A stretch of DNA of 36,504 nucleotides from contig JAPVWS010000049.1 in NCBI GenBank assembly GCA_027493295.1, forward strand, positions 1 to 36,504. Reading direction: 5' to 3'. This stretch comes from Candidatus Versatilivorator vitaminiformans (lineage in GTDB: Bacteria > Acidobacteriota > Terriglobia > Versatilivoradales > Versatilivoraceae). Positions 1 to 9,297 of the stretch are shown piece after piece (the stretch's first letter is position 1; every line of letters starts with the position of its first letter). The position numbers and the translations under genes were made by a program. The notes beneath the pieces were generated by a model, which was not told the origin of the DNA, searched no databases, and worked only from the letters and a program-made list of their open reading frames with translations.

Positions 1-316
1 GGAGGGCAAAGGGGGACAGGGGTCGGGACACCCTTTGCCCCCCTTGCGGGGAGGTCGCTCTCACCACAGTGATCCCTTGCGGGAAGGCGGCCGAGCCGAT
101 CAGGAAGCCGACGCCGGCACATCGACCACAGGCGGTGTGCTTTAGCGTACGAGACGCCGACTCATTCGGCAACAACCAGAACGCGGTGCAGGTCGAAACA
201 GGTGCCGTCACGCAACATTGCACAGGCGACGATCATCAGCCGGTCGGGCACCGAACGTTGACCGCGGATATCACCGTGCATTCCCACGTTTCGGTACGGA
301 CGCGAAGCAAACGACC

Positions 317-345
317 TTGATTGCAACGCAATCGCCGTATAGGCT
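317..345 (+). promoter_or_regulatory. Sigma70-type promoter of the TA operon with overlapping palindromic operator
   Basis: TTGATT (317-322), 17 bp spacer, TAGGCT (340-345); inverted repeat GATTGC-aac-GCAATC (319-333) overlaps the -35 box, as expected for autorepression by an RHH antitoxin. Confidence 0.6.
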
Positions 346-368
346 TGTCTCAAACAGGGGGTGCGACA

Positions 369-611
369 ATGGCCAGCATCACTATCCGTTATCTCGACGA
401 CGACGTAAAGACCCGGCTCCGTGTTCGCGCATCCGCCAACGGCCGTTCGATGGAAGAGGAGGCGCGGGTCATCCTGCGCGAGGCGGTCGGCCGGGAACCC
501 GAACCTGAAAACCTGGCCCGTTTCATCCACGAATGCTTCGCACCCTACGGCGGTGTTGAGTTGGAACTACCGCCCCGGGAACCGATGCGCGATCCTCCCG
601 ACTTCAGTTGA
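369..611 (+). CDS. FitA/StbC-like ribbon-helix-helix antitoxin
   Basis: MASITIRYLDDDVKTRLRVRASANGRSMEEEARVIL is the FitA-type RHH pattern; 9 bp upstream of a PIN gene; start moved to ATG 369 after a purine-rich AGGGG. Confidence 0.9.
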   Translation: MASITIRYLDDDVKTRLRVRASANGRSMEEEARVILREAVGREPEPENLARFIHECFAPYGGVELELPPREPMRDPPDFS

Positions 612-620
612 GGCTCATGG

Positions 621-1043
621 ATGTTCATTCTCGATACCAATGTAGTGTCCGAGTTGATGCGCCCGGCACCCGAACCCGCGATCGCCTCATGGGTCGCAGA
701 ACGTGCGACATCGAGCCTGTTTCTGACTGCGGTGACCGAGGCTGAGTTGCGCTTCGGACTTGCGGTCATGTCGCCGGGCAAGCGCCGGGACGGACTTGCA
801 ACGGGCCTTGAACGGATGCTGAAAACGGGTTTTGCAAACCGCGTCCTGCCGTTCGACAGCGGTGCGGCGCGCCCCTATGCCGAGATTGCCGCGACACGGC
901 GCCGGAGTGGCCGGCCGGTCGCGCACGCCGATTGCCAGATCGCGGCGATTGCCCAGGCCCGCGGCATGGCGGTTGCGACGCGCAACGTTCGGGACTTCGA
1001 GGATATGGGGATCGAAATATCTAACCCATGGGACGGCGCTTGA
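621..1043 (+). CDS. vapC: PIN-domain toxin, VapC/FitB family
   Basis: ILDTNVVSEL, TEAEL, ADCQIAAIA and TRNVRDF carry the PIN acidic residues; 140 aa. Confidence 0.92.
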   Translation: MFILDTNVVSELMRPAPEPAIASWVAERATSSLFLTAVTEAELRFGLAVMSPGKRRDGLATGLERMLKTGFANRVLPFDSGAARPYAEIAATRRRSGRPVAHADCQIAAIAQARGMAVATRNVRDFEDMGIEISNPWDGA

Positions 1044-1190
1044 GAGGAACTAACGGGCCGAAAAATAGGCGGACTCATCAAGACGAATCTAGCAATGCAT
1101 AGGAGCATCGTCCTGCGCAGTTCTTTTGTCCCATTGGATTGACAGGCTCCATGCCTTGCAAGACATCGCTCACTAAGGGGACGTGCCAGA

Positions 1191-4100
1191 ATGAGGCAAG
1201 TTGTCATCGAGAACCCGATCATCAACTCACCATTCAACGAGCCGACCTGCCATTTCAGGTTTAGCAACGAGGGAATCACCGACGAGATCGTCGACGGACG
1301 GCGAACCAGTTCGTATTTCATACCCATCGCTAAGTCAAGGAAGAAGGGGTCCAAACAGCTACAGTTCGACACGGAATGGACGCAGGACCGAATCGAAGAA
1401 AACAAGCTCGTCAACGAGATCCGTCGCCGCGTCGCGCTATGGCGCAAGGGCGGCTACATTGGCGTAACGCGGACGACCGCACGTTTGATTGCCTATTGGA
1501 CCGATCCCAACCGCGAGAAGAAGCTATTCTTCTGCCAGACCGAAGCCCTTGAAACCGCCATCTACATTTCTGAAGTGGCCAAGAAATACGGCGATGCATG
1601 GATAGAGAACGCCCTACGCCAGGGAAACGACACATCGAACCCCGGCCTACCACGCACGGCGTTCAAGATGGCAACCGGCTCAGGCAAGACCGTCGTCATG
1701 GCCATGCTCATCGCGTGGCAGACTCTCAACAAGCGGGCCAACCCACAGGATGCCCGCTTTTCCGACACGTTTCTGATCGTGACGCCCGGTATCACCATCC
1801 GTGACAGGCTGCGCGTTTTGTTGCCCAATGCCCCGGACAATTACTACCGCCAGCGTGACATTTTACCGTCCCAACTGCAGGACCAGATCGGACAAGCCAA
1901 GATCACAATCACCAACTTCCACGCGTTCCAACTGCGCGAGAAGGTCTCCGCCGGAAAGATCACGAAGTCGATACTTGCCGATGGGCAGTCAAGTCCATTT
2001 ACCGAGACTCCCCACCAGATGGTACGACGTGTGTGCCGCCAATTGCGAAACAAGAGGAACATCGTCGTCCTCAACGATGAAGCCCATCATTGCTACCGCC
2101 GCAAACCCGACGCTGAGGATGAAAAACTTACTGGGGATGATCGCATTGAAGCCAAGCAACGCGACCAAGAGGCTCGCGTCTGGATTTCCGGCTTGGAGGC
2201 TGTGAAGGCCAAGATCGGAATTAAGGCCATCTACGATCTTTCGGCCACACCGTTTTTTCTGCGTGGTTCTGGCTATCCTGAAGGCACACTTTTCCCATGG
2301 GTCGTGTCGGACTTTTCGCTGATTGACGCCATTGAGGCTGGCATCGTCAAAGTGCCCCGCGTACCCGTGGCTGATGACTCGATGACAGGTACCCAGCCCA
2401 CCTACCGCGACCTGTGGCAACGCATCCGCGAGGATCTTCCCAAAAAGGGCCGCAAAACCGAAAAGGCGGCAGGCGCCCCGAAACTTCCTATCGAATTGCA
2501 AGGCGCGTTGCTCAGTCTCTACGGTAACTACAAGAAATATTACGGCCGGTGGGAGAAGAACAATGAAGCGCAGGCACGCGGTATCACGCCGCCGGTGTTT
2601 ATCGTCGTTTGTAATAACACCAATGTCTCCAAGTTGGTCTTCGACTATATTGCCGGCTGGGAAAAGCAGATCGGTGAAGAGACCATCGTCCAGGCCGGGC
2701 AACTGCCCATCTTCCGCAACGACGATGGCAATGGTGCCTGGCGACACCGCCCGAATACGGTTCTGGTCGACAGCCAGCAGCTCGAATCGGGCGAATCGAT
2801 GAGCAACGAATTCAAGAAGATTGCTGCCCGAGAAATTGAAGAATTCAAAGCTGAATACCGAGCACGTTTTCCCGGACGCGATGCGGAAAATCTGACTGAC
2901 GAAGATTTGCTCCGTGAGGTCATGAACACTGTGGGGAAGCCCGGTAAGCTTGGCGAACACGTGAAGTGTGTGGTTAGCGTCTCCATGCTTACTGAGGGCT
3001 GGGATGCTAACACCGTCACCCATGTCCTGGGCGTGCGTGCCTTCGGCACGCAATTGCTATGCGAGCAGGTTGTCGGTAGAGGCCTCCGTCGGATGAGTTA
3101 TGCCTTAAATGCGGAGGGACATTTCAGCCCTGAATATGCCGAAGTCTATGGGGTGCCGTTTTCTTTCATCCCGTGCAGCGGCGCAACCTCCGATCCCATT
3201 CCCGGCCCGCTTCCCACTCGTGTCCGCGCCCTGGAAAGTCGTGGCAATTGCGAGATCGTGTTTCCCCGTTTGCTTGGTTACCGCTACGATGTCGTCGGCG
3301 AACAGCTCACCGCAACATTCACCGACAATTCCAGACTCACGCTTTCCACTGCCGATATTCCCACCACGACTGAAAACGCTCCCATTGTCGGCGAATCCAG
3401 CATCCACACCCTAGATGATCTCAAGTGCCGTCGGCCCAACGAAGTCGCCTTCCATCTCGCCACGCTCACCCTGGAAAAATACTTCCGCGACAGCGACGGC
3501 AACGACAAGCCTTGGCTCTTTCCACAACTGCTCGCCCTTGCCAAACGCTGGCTCCATGAATGCGTCGCGCTTAAGGACAACACTTTCCCGCAACTGCTGC
3601 TGCTTACGGAGTTTGCACACGACGCAACAGACCTTATTTACAAGTCCATCATCCACTCAACCGACGCTACTGCTGCGCTTAAGCCCATCCTCCGCCCTTA
3701 TGACACCACCGGCTCTACCCGTTACGTAGATTTCGATACAACACGGCCAGTCTTCGCGACCCGCGACGACAAGTGCCACATATCCCACGTCGTCGCCGAT
3801 ACCGATTCGTGGGAACAGAAGATGGCCGCAGTCCTAGAAGACATGTCCGAGGTGGTCCGCTATGTTAAGAATCACAACCTCGGCTTCACTATCCCCTACA
3901 CGCTGAACGGTGAGGAGAAGAACTACATCCCCGACTTCATCGCCTGCATTGACGACGGTCGCGGACCGGATGATCTATTAAACTTGATCGTCGAAGTGAC
4001 AGGAGAAAAGAAGAAGGACAAAACAGCCAAGGTCGCCACAGCGCGCGCACTATGGATCCCGGCAATTAACAATCACGGCGGTTTCGGTCGCTGGGCGTTC

Positions 4101-4196
4101 GTCGAGGTCACCGACCCTTGGGACGCACAGAATCTCATCCGGGGCAGTCTGAATGAGCTATCCGTAGACCCCAAAAAGGAAGTCGTTCATGGCTAA
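1191..4196 (+). CDS. Type III-like restriction endonuclease Res subunit (SF2 helicase plus C-terminal nuclease)
   Basis: Walker A MATGSGKT, DEAHH, SATP, MLTEGWD, EQVVGRGLRR; C-terminal YIPDF...IVEVTG; overlaps the methyltransferase start by 8 bp. Confidence 0.88.
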   Translation: MRQVVIENPIINSPFNEPTCHFRFSNEGITDEIVDGRRTSSYFIPIAKSRKKGSKQLQFDTEWTQDRIEENKLVNEIRRRVALWRKGGYIGVTRTTARLIAYWTDPNREKKLFFCQTEALETAIYISEVAKKYGDAWIENALRQGNDTSNPGLPRTAFKMATGSGKTVVMAMLIAWQTLNKRANPQDARFSDTFLIVTPGITIRDRLRVLLPNAPDNYYRQRDILPSQLQDQIGQAKITITNFHAFQLREKVSAGKITKSILADGQSSPFTETPHQMVRRVCRQLRNKRNIVVLNDEAHHCYRRKPDAEDEKLTGDDRIEAKQRDQEARVWISGLEAVKAKIGIKAIYDLSATPFFLRGSGYPEGTLFPWVVSDFSLIDAIEAGIVKVPRVPVADDSMTGTQPTYRDLWQRIREDLPKKGRKTEKAAGAPKLPIELQGALLSLYGNYKKYYGRWEKNNEAQARGITPPVFIVVCNNTNVSKLVFDYIAGWEKQIGEETIVQAGQLPIFRNDDGNGAWRHRPNTVLVDSQQLESGESMSNEFKKIAAREIEEFKAEYRARFPGRDAENLTDEDLLREVMNTVGKPGKLGEHVKCVVSVSMLTEGWDANTVTHVLGVRAFGTQLLCEQVVGRGLRRMSYALNAEGHFSPEYAEVYGVPFSFIPCSGATSDPIPGPLPTRVRALESRGNCEIVFPRLLGYRYDVVGEQLTATFTDNSRLTLSTADIPTTTENAPIVGESSIHTLDDLKCRRPNEVAFHLATLTLEKYFRDSDGNDKPWLFPQLLALAKRWLHECVALKDNTFPQLLLLTEFAHDATDLIYKSIIHSTDATAALKPILRPYDTTGSTRYVDFDTTRPVFATRDDKCHISHVVADTDSWEQKMAAVLEDMSEVVRYVKNHNLGFTIPYTLNGEEKNYIPDFIACIDDGRGPDDLLNLIVEVTGEKKKDKTAKVATARALWIPAINNHGGFGRWAFVEVTDPWDAQNLIRGSLNELSVDPKKEVVHG

Positions 4197-6807
4197 GAAG
4201 AAGGCCCGAACAAAAGTTGAATCTATTCGCCACAAGGATAAGCGTGCCAACATTCCTACGGAGGAGTTGCGTGACTTTGTCGTCGATGGAGAACTGGCAC
4301 CGAAGACGATGCTCTACCCGCGCGATCCCTCTCTCGATCCGCAACTGGTCTGGAAAGGCAAGGACGAGCAGGACCGCGAAGACTTGGCTGTTCCCGTGGT
4401 GCCTATCTACATTCAGGAAAAGATTCACCCGCAGGCCATTATTGAGGCGCTGCCACGTATTGATCATACCGTCGACGACCAGCCGAACCTCTTCGCCGAC
4501 TTCAACGGTCTTGAAGATGACTTCGAGAAGAAAGTCGACTTCTACAGCCAAATGGACGATCGGCAGAAGCCTTGGTCCAATCGGCTCGTCCTGGGCGATT
4601 CGCTGCTCGTAATGACTTCACTGGCTGAGAAAGAGGGACTCAAGGGCAAGGTGCAGACCATCTACCTCGACCCGCCCTATGGCATTAAGTTTGGCTCTAA
4701 CTGGCAGGTGAGCACCCGCAAGCGCGACGTGAAAGACGGCAAGGCACAGGATGCCACCCGCCAGCCAGAACAGGTGCGTGCCTTCCGCGATACCTGGAAG
4801 CTGGGCATTCACTCCTATCTTTCCTATCTGCGTGACCGACTGGTTGTGGCCCGCGATTTACTCACCGAGACAGGCAGCGCCTTTGTGCAGATCGGTGATG
4901 AGAACGTGCATCTGGTGCGGAACATACTGGATGAAGTGTTTGGGAGTGAGAATTTCGTGGTGAGCTTCATTGTAAAAAAGAAGGGCAGCACGACGCCCAC
5001 CGATCCCGTAAATGATTACTTGCTCTGGGCGTGCAAGAATCGTGAATCAGTGAAGGTCCGCCTTACCTACGAACGTAGAAAACGGCCGGGAGATGGATCG
5101 AAGTTCACTACATTGATGCTCCCAGATGGAACACGGCGCCCTACATCGGCACTGTCAGACGAAGAGGTCGAAGCTCTATGTAAATCTGGTGCGCGGTTTG
5201 CACGTGTGGACTGGCCGCTCGTTAGCCAAGATCCCTCTGAGCGAAGTCGTGATTTTAATTGGGAAGGCGAGTCATATCCGTGTGCAGTTGGCCGACATTG
5301 GACTTACGATCCAGACGAGCAAATGCAACGATTGGCGATGGCAAACCGATTGAACCTTGGAACGAAACGTGTTTCGGGAATCGTTTATTGGAATGATTGG
5401 CCCTATGAAGTCCGGTCAAACTTATGGGACGACACTGGGGCACAGCAAGGACTGGTGTATGTCGTGCAGACGCCAACGAAAGTCATCGAGCGCTGCCTAC
5501 TGATGACCACCGACCCCGGCGACTTAGTGCTTGATCCAACCTGCGGCAGCGGTACGACGGCCTACGTGGCTGAGCATTGGGGCCGGCGCTGGATCACGTG
5601 CGACACCAGCCGAGTCGCGCTGGCGCTTGCCCGCACACGATTAATGGCAGCGAGATATCCGTACTACCTATTAGCAGACTCCTCCGAAGGCATCAAAAAG
5701 GAGGCCGCCCTGACCGGCAAGGTTCCGCCCGAATTCGAGACCCACGACGACATCCGCAAAGGCTTTGTCTACCAACGTGTGCCACACGTCACGTTGAAAT
5801 CAATCGCTAACAATCTGGACATCAGGGAGGGAATGTCGCACGTGCAGATCGATGCTGCCATCGCCCGCCATGCCGACACGGAGACGCTCTACGACCAACC
5901 TTACGAGACTAAGAAGCGGGTGCGGGTATGCGGGCCTTTCTCGGTGGAAAGTCTCTCACCGCACCGTGTGCTCTCCGCGGCCGACGACAATCAGGATGGA
6001 GCGGTCAGTGAGCAAGAGGGTCACAATCAGCAGGATTTTGCCACCATGATCCTGGATAACCTGAAAAAGGCAGGAGTGCAGAACACCCGCAAGAGCGAAC
6101 GGCTTAGATTCGACCGCCTCGATCCGTATGCCGGAGCATGGTTGCACGCAGTGGGTGAATATACCGACGCTATGAGTAAGACTCAACGTGTCGCAGTCTC
6201 CATTGGTCCAGAACACGGCACGGTCGGTCCTCACCAAGTAAAGGAAGCTGCCAAGGAAGCGGTGCAGGGCATGGGTTTTGACATGCTTGTTGTCTGCGGC
6301 TTCGCCTTCGATCCACATGTAGCGGAAGAGGTGAAACGCTACGGCAACCTGACCGTGCTTCCCGCCAAGATGAACCCTGACTTGGTAATGGGCGACGAAC
6401 TACTCAAGAAGACTGGTACCGGCAACCTCTTCATGATCTTCGGCGAGCCGGACGTTGAGATTAGAAGGCGGAAGAACGGGGAGATTATTGTTGAGATCCA
6501 TGGAGTGGACGTGTACGACCCAACCACCGGTCAGATCCGCAGCGCCTCCACCTACGACATCGCTTGCTGGTTCATCGATACCGATTACAACGGGGAGAGC
6601 TTCTTCGTGCGCCACGCCTACTTCACAGGAGGCGAAGAGCCATATAACAAACTCAAACGGACTCTACGGGCGGAGATCGACGAGGCCGCATGGAGCAGTT
6701 TGTACAGCACGGTAAGCCGGCCGTTCGACAAACCGGAAACAGGTAAGTTCGCCGTTAAGGTCATCAACCATTACGGTGACGAGGTGCTGAAGGTGTTTGA
6801 AATATAA
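4189..6807 (+). CDS. Type III-like adenine DNA methyltransferase (Mod), beta class
   Basis: Catalytic IYLDPPY precedes SAM-binding VLDPTCGSGTT with a variable region in between; coupled to Res. Confidence 0.9.
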   Translation: MAKKKARTKVESIRHKDKRANIPTEELRDFVVDGELAPKTMLYPRDPSLDPQLVWKGKDEQDREDLAVPVVPIYIQEKIHPQAIIEALPRIDHTVDDQPNLFADFNGLEDDFEKKVDFYSQMDDRQKPWSNRLVLGDSLLVMTSLAEKEGLKGKVQTIYLDPPYGIKFGSNWQVSTRKRDVKDGKAQDATRQPEQVRAFRDTWKLGIHSYLSYLRDRLVVARDLLTETGSAFVQIGDENVHLVRNILDEVFGSENFVVSFIVKKKGSTTPTDPVNDYLLWACKNRESVKVRLTYERRKRPGDGSKFTTLMLPDGTRRPTSALSDEEVEALCKSGARFARVDWPLVSQDPSERSRDFNWEGESYPCAVGRHWTYDPDEQMQRLAMANRLNLGTKRVSGIVYWNDWPYEVRSNLWDDTGAQQGLVYVVQTPTKVIERCLLMTTDPGDLVLDPTCGSGTTAYVAEHWGRRWITCDTSRVALALARTRLMAARYPYYLLADSSEGIKKEAALTGKVPPEFETHDDIRKGFVYQRVPHVTLKSIANNLDIREGMSHVQIDAAIARHADTETLYDQPYETKKRVRVCGPFSVESLSPHRVLSAADDNQDGAVSEQEGHNQQDFATMILDNLKKAGVQNTRKSERLRFDRLDPYAGAWLHAVGEYTDAMSKTQRVAVSIGPEHGTVGPHQVKEAAKEAVQGMGFDMLVVCGFAFDPHVAEEVKRYGNLTVLPAKMNPDLVMGDELLKKTGTGNLFMIFGEPDVEIRRRKNGEIIVEIHGVDVYDPTTGQIRSASTYDIACWFIDTDYNGESFFVRHAYFTGGEEPYNKLKRTLRAEIDEAAWSSLYSTVSRPFDKPETGKFAVKVINHYGDEVLKVFEI

Positions 6808-7096
6808 TGAGATTGCAGCCCCAAATCAGGTAGGAAATCAGGCTAATGGAGACACTCCTGCGTGGATAGAGTCATTCTAGACAGGGGCGATGGAAACCGC
6901 GCATTCGTTAGCGCGTTGCGGTGACCAAAACTACACGGGTGAAGACGAGACGCCTACGAGAGCGAACTGGAAAAATTGGTGCGGGTTCTTTAGCAGTAGA
7001 CCTACGCCAGAAAGCCGGTCAGAGTCCGAATGTCTTCGACCGTCCAATGGGTTCGTGTTCAACAAGAGAACGACGATTCAGGAAACACGGTTTCTT

Positions 7097-7348
7097 TTAC
7101 CAGACGAAATTTACAACCGTCACACCAACGTTGAACAGGGTCAGCACAGTGACGCAGACGGTCAGCCACAATATACGATTGGTGAGCTTTTCTACGCTAG
7201 CGGCAATGCGGGCTTGGCGTCGATGTCTGATCTCCTCGAGGTAATACTCAATTCCAACCGCCGTCATGCTAACCGACTGGTTATATGCAGAAATGAGTTG
7301 CTCATCGGATATGCTAGCCAACTCAGCCCAGGTGTACGGGCGAAACAT
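7097..7348 (-). CDS. Small hypothetical protein with C-terminal transmembrane helix (83 aa)
   Basis: GGAGGG RBS before ATG 7348; helical N-part then hydrophobic ILWLTVCVTVLTLFNVGVTVVNFVW. Confidence 0.65.
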   Translation of the reverse strand: MFRPYTWAELASISDEQLISAYNQSVSMTAVGIEYYLEEIRHRRQARIAASVEKLTNRILWLTVCVTVLTLFNVGVTVVNFVW

Positions 7349-7747
7349 GTGTCCCTCCAAGTTTGATCAAGCATTCCACCGGCGATTCACGTTTCCCCGG
7401 TGTCGCGCAATCGTCACGCTGACTGATAATGCTGGAACCTTCTGGGTCTTAAGTTAGTTGTTTTCACGTGAACCTAAACGGGATCGGCCTTCTGGCTTCC
7501 GATCAGGCGCATTCACCGAGGTATCTCAAACACATATTCTCACCTCAACCTCATCCTAGGCGAAGACGGAATGAGCGGTCAATCGAACCTACTAAACTTT
7601 GGATCACCCATTCGTGAAACGCCGGTCTGAAGGAGCCGTGACCTCTTCACATTAGACCCATCCGACAGGAATGAGAGGGTGCAAGAGTTTCGACACTACT
7701 GGCACGAAACGCAGAGGGCTGCGGAAACCGGAGCGTGTCGAAATAGT

Positions 7748-8977
7748 TCAACTTCGGCCCGACAACGTTAGGGCTTCGACGACCTTTTCCGTGGACCTTA
7801 ATCGCTCCAAATAGTCGGCCCAGGCCTGCATCATTTTGCGACGTTTGGCGAACAAATCGCCGCGACGGTAGGCCGCTTCCACCTTGTTCTCGATCACATG
7901 GGCCAAGGCCATTTCCGCTACTTCCCGAGGGAAGGTGGACACCTCCCCGGACCAGTCCCGGAAGGTGGAACGGAACCCATGGGGCACGTAGTCTCCACGG
8001 GAACTGTTGACGCCGTAGCCCATGCCGCGCATCAGTTGCAGCAAGGCCATGTTCGACAGAGGTCTTCCGTTGCGGGAGCCTGGGAACACATAGGGACAGC
8101 CTTCGATGTGGGGCAGGGTTTCCAGCACTTCCCTGGCAGAATCCGACAGGGGCACTCGGTGTTCCCGGCGGGCCTTCATCCGCGAGGCCGGAACAGTCCA
8201 TACGCCGGCCGGCAGGTCGATTTCCCTCCACTCCGCATGCAAAACTTCCACGGTGCGGGTGGCGGTGAGGATCAGAAATTTCAGCGCCAGCGCCGACACA
8301 CTCCCATTGCGAGACAGCTCATCAAAGAAAGCAGGAACCTCGGAATAGGGCATGGCAGGGTGGTGAGCGACTTGCTTCACCCGTGAGGGCCTAGGGAGCA
8401 GCTTGTCCAAATGCCCGCGCCAGCGGGCCGGGTTCAGGGGATCGCGGTACTGATGGGCCGCCGCGAAATCCATTATGTTCTCGATGCGACCCTGTACCCG
8501 CTTGGCTGTCTCCGTCTTGGTAGCCCACATCGGTGAGAGGATCTGGAGGATGTCCTCAGTCGTGATAGCATTCACTGTTTTTTTGCCGATGACAGGGCGT
8601 GCGTAAGTCTTGAGCGTACTGACCCATTGCCGTGCGTGTTTAGTATTCTGCCAACCGTGCCGATGGCCCCGGATGTAGTGGGCAGCGCAGGAGGTAAACA
8701 CGGGAATCCTTTTTGCTTCCATCCGGCGCACCTCGATGGGATCAACCCCCTTCGCCACCAGTCTGCGGCACTTGAGGGCAGAAGTTCGGGCGTCGGCCAG
8801 CCCAACACTCGGATAGCTGCCAAGCCCCATTTCCCGGCGTTTGGCGTGGAGGGTAAAGCGCAAGACCCATTTCTTTGCGCCCGACTTCGACACCACCAGG
8901 CGGAGCCCGTAGCCGTCTTCGTATTTGCCCAGACCGGCTGTTGCCACCTTGCGCACTGAGAGTTTATGAATTGCCAT
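7748..8977 (-). CDS. Tyrosine integrase, P4/IntA-like with N-terminal arm-binding domain
   Basis: N-terminal YEDGYGLRLVVS...KRREMGLGSYPSVGLADAR; catalytic R (ATR), K (RMKA), HGFR, LAH, Y (EAAYRRGD). Confidence 0.95.
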   Translation of the reverse strand: MAIHKLSVRKVATAGLGKYEDGYGLRLVVSKSGAKKWVLRFTLHAKRREMGLGSYPSVGLADARTSALKCRRLVAKGVDPIEVRRMEAKRIPVFTSCAAHYIRGHRHGWQNTKHARQWVSTLKTYARPVIGKKTVNAITTEDILQILSPMWATKTETAKRVQGRIENIMDFAAAHQYRDPLNPARWRGHLDKLLPRPSRVKQVAHHPAMPYSEVPAFFDELSRNGSVSALALKFLILTATRTVEVLHAEWREIDLPAGVWTVPASRMKARREHRVPLSDSAREVLETLPHIEGCPYVFPGSRNGRPLSNMALLQLMRGMGYGVNSSRGDYVPHGFRSTFRDWSGEVSTFPREVAEMALAHVIENKVEAAYRRGDLFAKRRKMMQAWADYLERLRSTEKVVEALTLSGRS

Positions 8978-9010
8978 TCCGTCTCCTTGTTAAGCGAAAA
9001 TGTGGAAATA

Positions 9011-9030
9011 GTCCCCCACTCAGTCCCCCA
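9011..9030 (+). repeat. Direct repeat GTCCCCCA x2, candidate integrase arm-type sites
   Basis: GTCCCCCA at 9011-9018 and 9023-9030, between the integrase start and the att core. Confidence 0.55.
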
Positions 9031-9132
9031 ACAGGATTGGATTGTAGCAGAAACCTCTAGACAGTTTAAAATATTAAAGCACTGATAATATTAATGTTTA
9101 AGGATTTTATGGTATGCTGCTAGAGACAATAT

Positions 9133-9153
9133 TGGCGGACGCCCTCTCCGCCA
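9133..9153 (+). other. Candidate att core resembling the 3' end of a tRNA-Ser gene
   Basis: CCCTCTCCGCCA (9142-9153) matches typical tRNA-Ser 3' ends; TGGCGGA/TCCGCCA inverted repeat around a 7-bp spacer; GC-rich patch in AT-rich DNA ~155 bp from the integrase start. Confidence 0.65.
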
Positions 9154-9297
9154 GCAATGATATATAAGTCTATATAACAGGATTATTTTATCTCGTCCCC
9201 AAATGGGTTCGATCCCGCCTGTAGTGCCCCACCCGCAACGCCGTTAACATTATTACCTCCCCTGTCGGGTTGTCTGGAATCCAGCATTCTGAGCTGG

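Larger units (their letters stand above)
1..9153. mobile_element. Right part of an integrative genomic island (defence cargo plus integrase); left end outside the window
   Basis: Tyrosine integrase at 7748-8977 next to a tRNA-Ser-3'-like core at 9142-9153 with AT-rich flanks and arm-like repeats; cargo is TA plus RM; visibly less GC-rich than the core genes beyond 15.5 kb. Confidence 0.7.

Noticed and set aside
1989-3053. 354-aa minus-strand ORF
   Set aside because: Antisense to res; no recognisable motifs
6890-7366. 158-aa plus-strand ORF after mod
   Set aside because: Overlaps the better supported minus-strand membrane ORF; no motif and not a recognisable spare TRD
9205-9232. GGGTTCGATCCC, resembling a tRNA T-loop
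   Set aside because: No full T stem, acceptor stem or cloverleaf
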